This document shows, one piece after another, positions 17,955 through 25,219 of a stretch of DNA of 43,618 nucleotides. Position 1 is the stretch's first letter. Every line of letters begins with the position of its first letter. A model generated the notes under the pieces. That model searched no databases, was not told where the DNA came from, and saw only the letters and a list, made by a program, of their open reading frames with translations. A program made the translations under genes and the position numbers. The stretch lies in sequence record SRR31156797_8979, one strand, 5' to 3'.

Positions 17955-19265
17955 TTATTCAGCCCCCTCTTCTGTCGAACTGAAATCAATGGAAACAATT
18001 GTGCCGCCTTCGGGGCGTCTGCTTATAGAAAACATCCAACCGAATCGATCACACAATCTTTGAGCAATGGACAAACCTAATCCAAAGCCACTGCTATTCT
18101 CTCCTTTCACATAAGGATCTGAAATATTCTTCATAATTTCATCAGAAATGCCAATTCCAGTGTCCCTTACGGTTACAACTGAACCGTTTATATAAACTCC
18201 GACAGAGCTCCCCGGGGAGAAATTAAAAGCATTACTGAGCACATTGGTAAAAACAATGAGAAAAACACGCTCAGGGGCATGGTTTGAAGCGGGATCACTT
18301 ACCTCCACACTCAGATCAATTTTTTTACGCTCAGCAAGAGGCTGCAAACTTCGAAGAACTCTTCCTGCCGCTTTACTTATATTGAAACACCCCCCCGAAA
18401 CTTCCTTACTCTCTTCCCGGGCTATCCAGAGCAGGGTTTCAATGGTCTCTTCCATATCTTTTACTGAACGTTCTATCCGGTCCAAAGGTTTCTGCATCTC
18501 AGGGGTTTCAGATGAACGGGACAATCTGATCAGTTCCAAAGCACCTTTGACGACACTTAACGGGGTGCGCAATTCATGACTGACATCTCTGGTGAATTCC
18601 TTTTCACGCTTAATAAACATCCGCACTCTTTTAAATGAATTCTGAATATTTAAAGCGAGCAGACCGATTTCATCTTTCCGTGCTGATTCCGAAAAAGACC
18701 GGTCCAAATCATCCGGATCATATGTTCTTAATTTTGCGGCAAGAGAATCAAGGGGATGGAACACAATTTTACCGATAAAAATCACAAGAAGTATACCTAA
18801 GGCTGCGGTACAAACAAAATAAAGAAGTAAAATACTGGCAGCACCCAAAACGCAAGAATGCTTGTCAATCACATGGCTGACATTGTAAACAAGGAACAGC
18901 CTCCTGTCCCCTTCAGGATAAGTGCGCACCATTGTATTATGACTATCAGGACCTGGAATTGCTGCCGGACCGCTGGTTTCATAAAAACCGTCCCGCAGGA
19001 AAGGCAGTTTGTCCTTAAAATAAGGAGGAAGCTGTGCCGGATCTGTTACCGCCAGTAAGTTCCGCAACATGGGCAGGCGTGCATTTTTATCTTCAGCATA
19101 ACGCCTGAAGTAATCATCTGCCTCGTCGCGGAGGATATTATTGATAACCTCATCCTCAGTAACCCGGACCGTCCCAAGCTGCGCAAAGCCGTAGAGCCCA
19201 AGCAGGAGAACCAGTGAAATACTGTAGGAAACAATAGCCTTGAAGCGTAAACTGTTAATCTTCAT
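17955..19265 (-). CDS. HAMP-domain sensor histidine kinase, ColS-like
   Basis: Two TM segments, HAMP (DEIGLLA), H-box FTRDVSHELRTPL, NVLSNA, DTGIG and GFGLGL; overlaps the end of the regulator gene. Confidence 0.93.
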   Translation of the reverse strand: MKINSLRFKAIVSYSISLVLLLGLYGFAQLGTVRVTEDEVINNILRDEADDYFRRYAEDKNARLPMLRNLLAVTDPAQLPPYFKDKLPFLRDGFYETSGPAAIPGPDSHNTMVRTYPEGDRRLFLVYNVSHVIDKHSCVLGAASILLLYFVCTAALGILLVIFIGKIVFHPLDSLAAKLRTYDPDDLDRSFSESARKDEIGLLALNIQNSFKRVRMFIKREKEFTRDVSHELRTPLSVVKGALELIRLSRSSETPEMQKPLDRIERSVKDMEETIETLLWIAREESKEVSGGCFNISKAAGRVLRSLQPLAERKKIDLSVEVSDPASNHAPERVFLIVFTNVLSNAFNFSPGSSVGVYINGSVVTVRDTGIGISDEIMKNISDPYVKGENSSGFGLGLSIAQRLCDRFGWMFSISRRPEGGTIVSIDFSSTEEGAE

Positions 19266-19944
19266 TTTTCCCGGCCAGTTTAAAACCGACTCCATGGACA
19301 GTCCGGATCATAGGATAAGAAAAATTCTTGTCCACCCTACAACGCAACTTATAAATATGACTGCGTAAAGAATCGCTATCCGGGGGATCATCACCCCAAA
19401 TGGAAAACTCCACATCCTTACGGGGCAGCACATTAGGATAGGACTCCATAAGAAGCCGTAGAATCTGAAAACAAGCCCGGTTAAGTTTAATGGGCGTCCC
19501 TTCCCTGCTTACAGCCATGCCTCCGGTATCCATCTCCAAGGTCCCGACACTTAACAACGAATTACTGCGTCCCCTGTTACGGACGGTAATTGCATTCAGC
19601 CGCGCACTCAACTCTTCCAGAGCAAAAGGCTTGACCAGATAGTCATCCACTCCGGCGGCAAAACCTGATAGTTTATCCTGCAATGTGTCTAAAGCGGTAA
19701 GCATAAGAATGGCGGGCTGGGGAATAGGCGCCTTGCGAATCCGGGAACAGACATCGAGCCCGTCCATCCCCGGCAGCATCACATCCAATACTAAGGCATC
19801 ATACTTTTCAGTCACAGACAGATGCAGTCCGACAACCCCATCGGCCGCATAGTCTACAACATGACCGCATGCTTCCAGATAGTCACATATATTTTCAGCA
19901 AGGTCCTGATGATCTTCTACAACCAGCAACTTTAATGACGGCAT
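19255..19944 (-). CDS. OmpR-family response regulator, ColR-like
   Basis: LDVMLPGMDG and DDYLVKPF; winged helix WGDDPPDSDSLRSH...RTVHGVGF closely resembles Pseudomonas ColR. Confidence 0.95.
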   Translation of the reverse strand: MPSLKLLVVEDHQDLAENICDYLEACGHVVDYAADGVVGLHLSVTEKYDALVLDVMLPGMDGLDVCSRIRKAPIPQPAILMLTALDTLQDKLSGFAAGVDDYLVKPFALEELSARLNAITVRNRGRSNSLLSVGTLEMDTGGMAVSREGTPIKLNRACFQILRLLMESYPNVLPRKDVEFSIWGDDPPDSDSLRSHIYKLRCRVDKNFSYPMIRTVHGVGFKLAGKNED

Positions 19945-20058
19945 TCCAAAACCTCATTTCACAATCGGCAAAGCAATAACTGTAAATTTAAATAATTCCT
20001 CTCATACCCGGCAGCACCGGAAAAAGCGAGAATTAGCCGTATACCTAAGCTGATTTCT

Positions 20059-20074
20059 GTGAAATATATGTGAA
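20059..20074 (-). promoter_or_regulatory. Second copy of the putative ColR-type box, upstream of the regulator gene
   Basis: Minus strand TTCACATATATTTCAC; shares the plus-strand 10-mer TGTGAAATAT with 17875-17884. Confidence 0.6.
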
Positions 20075-20087
20075 CACCTTGCCAGAT

Positions 20088-21248
20088 CTACCCCGTCTGC
20101 CCTTTTAAACGCAATTCACGATCCACAAACTGACTCAAGACCAACGAGACCAGCGCCATCCCCGCAGCCCCGAGGAAGACAATGCGATAATCCTGCATCC
20201 AGGCAATCCCTCCCAGCGCAGGCACGAAAACCGCTGCAATATGGTTAATTGTGAAGCTGACCGCCATACTCGGAGCAATGTCCGGTTTGTCAGCGATCTT
20301 CTGGAAAAAGGTTTTGATAGCCATGGTAAAGTTGAAAAAGATATTGTCCAGAATGTAGAGCAATGCGCCCACCAGTGGACTATCAGTGTATGCATAGGCA
20401 GTGAAAATAAGGAAGAGACTGGCGTACTCAAGGGTCAGTACTTTGCGTTCGCCGAACTTATTCACTGACTTGGCAATGATCGGATTCACAAAGTAGTTGA
20501 TCACATTGTTGACCACAAAAAGAATCGCGATGTGTTGTAAGGAAAACCCGAACTTCTTAACCAGCAGAAAAACCGCAAAAGCCACAAAAATCTGCCTACG
20601 GGCCCCGGCAATAAAAGTCAGGGCATAAAAAAGCCAATACTTAGAACGAAAAATCATCTTCTTATGCTGCGGTGGAAGATCCGGGGAGGATGGATCGCGG
20701 GTCAGGCAATAAATTCCGGCCAGTATAGCTACTATCCCTGCTCCCAAAAAAATTTCTTTATAGCCCATGAAGCCGGAAATGGAGATGACCACCACGCCCA
20801 CGCAGATATTGGTTGCTGCGGCAAGACTGCGCAGCCTGCCCATAACCAGCGGAGCCTCTGTGTAACCGAAATACTGCAGGGTCAGGGACTGGTTCAAAGT
20901 TTCATAGTAATGAAAACCGAAAGACATAACCAGAGTGGTCAAAGCAAGTCCTGCAAAGGAAGGCATGAACCCGGTCATGCAGATACCGAATCCCATGACA
21001 ATGACTGAAAGTGCGGCCAGACGGTGCTCCTTGATGAACATGAGCACGTAGATTACAAGCAGGGCAAGGAAACCCGGAATTTCACGAATGGAACCGATCA
21101 TACCGAACTGACCGCCGTCCAGCCCGGCCACCTCAACTGCAAAGTTGTTCAGCAGGGTTCTCCAGCCTTGGAAGCCGACAGTGGTAGCGATAGTCAGCAC
21201 CAGCAGAAATATATACATCTTACGGGAAGTGAAGCTTTTTGTAGGCAC
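20088..21248 (-). CDS. Major facilitator superfamily transporter
   Basis: About 12 hydrophobic segments in 386 aa; loop motif SVNKFGERKVL; GTG start. Confidence 0.9.
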   Translation of the reverse strand: MPTKSFTSRKMYIFLLVLTIATTVGFQGWRTLLNNFAVEVAGLDGGQFGMIGSIREIPGFLALLVIYVLMFIKEHRLAALSVIVMGFGICMTGFMPSFAGLALTTLVMSFGFHYYETLNQSLTLQYFGYTEAPLVMGRLRSLAAATNICVGVVVISISGFMGYKEIFLGAGIVAILAGIYCLTRDPSSPDLPPQHKKMIFRSKYWLFYALTFIAGARRQIFVAFAVFLLVKKFGFSLQHIAILFVVNNVINYFVNPIIAKSVNKFGERKVLTLEYASLFLIFTAYAYTDSPLVGALLYILDNIFFNFTMAIKTFFQKIADKPDIAPSMAVSFTINHIAAVFVPALGGIAWMQDYRIVFLGAAGMALVSLVLSQFVDRELRLKGQTG

Positions 21249-21357
21249 GATGAGATCCTTAAAATGGTGAGATTATGATAAACAGATGCATTCAATAAAG
21301 ACGGCAAAAGTAATCCCGCGTCCGACATAAAACAAGTCAAAATTTAGCAGGCATAAA

Positions 21358-22071
21358 ATGGCAGACTTTCCTCCCCCGTATACCGTGCGGGTCAGCCCGA
21401 GGGCAAAAAACGTAATAATCAAACTTATCCCGGATAAGGGAATTGAAGTAGTGCTGCCCAAGGGAGTTAACCAAAGGGATGTACCTTATTTTCTGGAAAA
21501 ACGGCGGCAATGGATTGAGCACAATGTCCGCAAATTGGAAGGAAAAGGCTTATCCCTGAACCCGCCGGAGTTGGTCCTGCCCGATGAAATATGCTTTGCC
21601 GCCAGTGGAAAGGTCTATACGGTCAGAAGAGTCAAAAACCGCAAACCGAGCCTGCGCATGCGCCGCAATGTGGACAAGCTGCTCTTGAGTGGAGAAACTT
21701 GGTCCCCGGAAGAAGAGCAGGAAGTACTGACCTGCTTTGTACGCAGCGAAGCCAGAGAATTCCTTGTCCCGGAACTCAAAAAAATTTCAGCAGAACTAAA
21801 CCTGCCCTTCAGCAAGGTGTTCATCCGCGCCCAGCGCAAACGCTGGGGAAGCTGTTCCGCCAAGGGCAATATCAACCTGAACATGAAACTCATGTTCCTG
21901 CCTTACCGTCTGACCCGTTACGTACTCATCCACGAACTATGCCACACAGTACACCTCAACCATTCCGCAAAATATTGGCGGCTGGTCAAAATGGTCGAAC
22001 CGAATGTGGAAGAACTGGAAAAAGAGCTTTCCGAAGCGGGAAGATTGGTTCCGGGATGGATCAACCTTTAG
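21358..22071 (+). CDS. YgjP/DUF45-family zinc metallohydrolase
   Basis: QRKRWGSCS, INLN and YVLIHELCH...LNHS (HEXXH plus third His). Confidence 0.92.
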   Translation: MADFPPPYTVRVSPRAKNVIIKLIPDKGIEVVLPKGVNQRDVPYFLEKRRQWIEHNVRKLEGKGLSLNPPELVLPDEICFAASGKVYTVRRVKNRKPSLRMRRNVDKLLLSGETWSPEEEQEVLTCFVRSEAREFLVPELKKISAELNLPFSKVFIRAQRKRWGSCSAKGNINLNMKLMFLPYRLTRYVLIHELCHTVHLNHSAKYWRLVKMVEPNVEELEKELSEAGRLVPGWINL

Positions 22072-22192
22072 TAAGACACGAGACGGTAACACTTCTTCCT
22101 CTTTACAAACATCCCCAAATGGATGAAGTTTATCTATTAATAATGAAACAGCGACAAGCACAACCATAGCTATAGTTCTTTAAGGATTCACG

Positions 22193-22528
22193 ATGGAAAT
22201 CAGCAGCAAAAAAGTCGGCAACGTATTGATCATGGGCATAAAAGGCCGTCTTGACGCCCTTACTTCCACTAAACTGGAAAACGAGATATGCGAACGCATT
22301 GAAGACGGGGAAACTAAAATTGTATTTGATCTTGGTGATCTGGAATATATTTCCAGCGCAGGACTGCGAGCTATACTTTTTTGCGCCAAAAAGCTGAAGG
22401 CAACAGACGGAACCATAGCCTTCGCCAATATCACCGGAATGATCAGTGAAGTGTTTGAAATTTCCGGATTCGGAACCATGTTCAATATCTACAGCTCCGC
22501 CCTTGCTGCAGCGGAAAAAATATCCTGA
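22193..22528 (+). CDS. STAS-domain anti-sigma factor antagonist
   Basis: GRLD, DLGDLEYISSAGLR with the phospho-acceptor Ser, and VFEISGF. Confidence 0.93.
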   Translation: MEISSKKVGNVLIMGIKGRLDALTSTKLENEICERIEDGETKIVFDLGDLEYISSAGLRAILFCAKKLKATDGTIAFANITGMISEVFEISGFGTMFNIYSSALAAAEKIS

Positions 22529-22538
22529 GGATAACAAT

Positions 22539-23315
22539 ATGATACGCCCTGCTCTGATCATTCTGCTAACTTCGGCAATTATATCCTGTGCACAAATTTG
22601 CGGGGCAGAAACCTCCCGGACCATCAGCAAAGAAGATATCCGCCAAATCCTGACGAACAACCCGGAACTCATCTTCGAAGCCCTGGAGGGACACGAAGAA
22701 AAGCTCTATGATCTTTTACAGGTCGGATTAGAAAAAAAGAACAAGTTGAGAATCAGGGAAGGCAGGCTCAAACAACTCAAAAATCCCAAGAAAGCGGCAC
22801 TCCACCCGGACCGGCCGGTATGGGGATCTCCCAACGGAAAAATCAACATCATTGTTTTTTCCGACTTCCAGAGCGCAACCAGTGCCAAGGCGGATAAAAT
22901 AATTCATGAACTGCTGAAAAAACACCCCGAAGTCAACTACCGTTTCCGGCACAACCCTCTGGGACTTCACAAAATGTCACTTCCAGCAGCCCGATATTAC
23001 GAAGCCCTTGCTCTTCAGGATCAGGCCAAGGCAAGGAAGCTTAACCGAATGATCTTAAAGAACAGATTGGCAATCAAAAAAAACGGGATAAAAACACTTG
23101 ATGAGCTGGCAGAAAAATGCAGTGCGGACATGAAACAATTGCATCGAACCCTGAATTCTCCGCAGATCAAAGCTCGTATCGACGGAGACCGCAAGGAAGC
23201 GCGAAAACTGGGGTTAACTGCCTCCCCGGTTTTTCTTGTTAACGGGGTAACTGTGACCGGGGCCGCTCCACTTGAAGATTTTGAAGAAGTACTCCGAATG
23301 ATCCGCAACAATTAA
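22539..23315 (+). CDS. DsbA/Com1/ScsC-like thioredoxin-fold exported protein lacking CXXC (SATS)
   Basis: Signal peptide, ILTNNPELIFEAL, VFSDFQ-SATS, FRHNPL and GLTASPVFLVNG...GA; ATG with GAGG SD. Confidence 0.88.
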   Translation: MIRPALIILLTSAIISCAQICGAETSRTISKEDIRQILTNNPELIFEALEGHEEKLYDLLQVGLEKKNKLRIREGRLKQLKNPKKAALHPDRPVWGSPNGKINIIVFSDFQSATSAKADKIIHELLKKHPEVNYRFRHNPLGLHKMSLPAARYYEALALQDQAKARKLNRMILKNRLAIKKNGIKTLDELAEKCSADMKQLHRTLNSPQIKARIDGDRKEARKLGLTASPVFLVNGVTVTGAAPLEDFEEVLRMIRNN

Positions 23316-23447
23316 GCCTTTTATAATACCATCTTTACTTATTATTCTTTAAACCGAGCAAAACAAAACAGCATAATAACACTGGGCAGCAATGCGATAG
23401 TGATATATTATCATAAGACTCGTTAAAATTTCCAAATCGCGGATAAC

Positions 23448-23969
23448 ATGAACACAATGCCACAAAATCAATCTGACATACGCCGTGTATTCCTACACAC
23501 CGGCGATGCGTACCTTGGAGTTAAACCGACTATCGTTTCCACTGTACTCGGGTCCTGTGTGGCAATATCCATGTATTCTCATCGCAAAAGACAAGGTGTT
23601 ATCTGCCACGCATTCCTGCCTTCCCGCTCGGAAATTAAAGATATTAAAGAGCCCTCTATCCAGATTTGCAGATATGTGGACACAGCCGTAGACCATTTGC
23701 TAAAGAGTATGAGACGCTTGGGGGTCAGGAAAAACGAGCTTGAAGTCAAACTGTTCGGTGGAGCAACCGGATTGACTTATTCTCAGGTAAGACCGTCATG
23801 CGCGCTGGGTATCGGCAATAGAAATGTTGATGCTGCACTGGAAAATCTGAAAGCAAAAGGACTCAAGCCCTTCAGCATGGATGTAGGCGGAAATGTAGGC
23901 AGAAAACTGCTTTTCTGCACCTACACCGGGGATGTCTGGATCAAACGGCTTGAAAAAGAAATGTTCTAG
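23448..23969 (+). CDS. cheD: Chemoreceptor glutamine deamidase CheD
   Basis: TVLGSCVA, HAFLP, KLFGGA, IGNRN and DVGGNVGRK. Confidence 0.93.
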   Translation: MNTMPQNQSDIRRVFLHTGDAYLGVKPTIVSTVLGSCVAISMYSHRKRQGVICHAFLPSRSEIKDIKEPSIQICRYVDTAVDHLLKSMRRLGVRKNELEVKLFGGATGLTYSQVRPSCALGIGNRNVDAALENLKAKGLKPFSMDVGGNVGRKLLFCTYTGDVWIKRLEKEMF

Positions 23970-24002
23970 CCCCTATAAACGGCCACAATCTGCAAGAATA
24001 AA

Positions 24003-24800
24003 ATGAAAATAACTAACAAGCTCTCTTCTGTCCTGCTACTGTTCACCATTTTTCTTTTCTGCCTGCCCGGGACCTCCTTTGCAGGCGATTCCATTTACCA
24101 GTATTCGATCATTGATTCCCTGCTTACTGGCAACTATGACGGAGAACTGACCATCGGCGGACTCAAAAAACACGGTGATACCGGACTGGGAACCTTCAAT
24201 CGTCTGGATGGAGAAATGGTTTTTCTTGATGGAGAAGTCTATAAAATAAATGCCCGCGGCAAAGCTGTTAGAATGGATGATAGCGAACGCACCCCCTTTG
24301 CAGCTGCGGCCTTTTTCAAAACAGGAAAAATAATCAAGCTAGATTCCGTAAAATCCATTGAGGAATTGAACAAAAAAATTTCACAAGCACTTGATTCTGA
24401 AAATCTTTTTTACATCATCCGCATTGACGGAAAATTCCGCAAAATACGCACCCGCAGTGTCCCGGCCCAGGAGAAACCATATCCCCCGCTCAAAGAAGTG
24501 GTTAAGGAGCAGAGCATTTTCGGTTTCAAGAATATCACCGGGACCATGATTGGCATTAAAAGCCCTTCTTATGTCAAAGGAATCGGCGTACCGGGCTTCC
24601 ACTGGCATTTCATTACCAAAGAGCGGACCTCCGGGGGACATGTCCTGGACTGTGTTTTCAACAGTCTGGCCGCCAAAGTCGGTACATACACCGAATTCCA
24701 GCTGCAGCTTCCAGAAACCAAAAGTTTTTTAGACTCTAAGTTCGGGCAAGACAGACAAAAAGAATTAAAAGAAGTGGAAAAAGATTCTGAGAAGAAGTAA
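24003..24800 (+). CDS. budA: Alpha-acetolactate decarboxylase family protein with N-terminal signal peptide
   Basis: YQYS, HGDTGLGTFNRLDGEM, TPFA, RTRSVP and the Zn ligands GFHWHF and GGHVLD. Confidence 0.9.
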   Translation: MKITNKLSSVLLLFTIFLFCLPGTSFAGDSIYQYSIIDSLLTGNYDGELTIGGLKKHGDTGLGTFNRLDGEMVFLDGEVYKINARGKAVRMDDSERTPFAAAAFFKTGKIIKLDSVKSIEELNKKISQALDSENLFYIIRIDGKFRKIRTRSVPAQEKPYPPLKEVVKEQSIFGFKNITGTMIGIKSPSYVKGIGVPGFHWHFITKERTSGGHVLDCVFNSLAAKVGTYTEFQLQLPETKSFLDSKFGQDRQKELKEVEKDSEKK

Positions 24801-24862
24801 CATTAATCAAAATCTGACAATCCCATTTCTTACACAGAATAATTTCGGCCGGGAGAGATGCC

Positions 24863-25177
24863 ATGAGTGAACGAATTCACGTACAAGTAGATGAAGACCT
24901 TGAAGCCATCATGGGCCGCTATCTGGAAATCAGACAAAAAGAACTTGTTGAACTTGAAGAAGCTGTTGAACAAAAAAATTTCGAAATCATCAGACTTTTG
25001 GGGCACCGCCTTAAAGGAACCGGATCCTCGTACGGACTTGATGAACTAACTAGGCTTGGAACACTCATTGAGGACAAAGCCATGGGTGAAGATATGTCCA
25101 ATGTACCAGACTACACTGCCGAAATCAGGCATTTTCTGACCCATCTGGACATAGAGTTCATTGAAATGGATGAATAA
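24863..25177 (+). CDS. Stand-alone Hpt phosphotransfer protein
   Basis: LGHRLKGTGSSYG motif in an acidic 104-aa protein. Confidence 0.92.
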   Translation: MSERIHVQVDEDLEAIMGRYLEIRQKELVELEEAVEQKNFEIIRLLGHRLKGTGSSYGLDELTRLGTLIEDKAMGEDMSNVPDYTAEIRHFLTHLDIEFIEMDE

Positions 25178-25183
25178 AAAAAC

Positions 25184-25215
25184 AAGGCCGGAAGCTTTAA
25201 AACTTCCGGCCTTTT
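25184..25215. terminator. Bidirectional terminator between Hpt and uvrA
   Basis: AAGGCCGGAAG/CTTCCGGCCTT stem flanked by A and T tracts. Confidence 0.88.
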
Positions 25216-25219
25216 AAAT

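Noticed and set aside
21358..22071. YgjP-family gene as a marker of a type I restriction or defence locus
   Set aside because: No hsd or other defence genes nearby.
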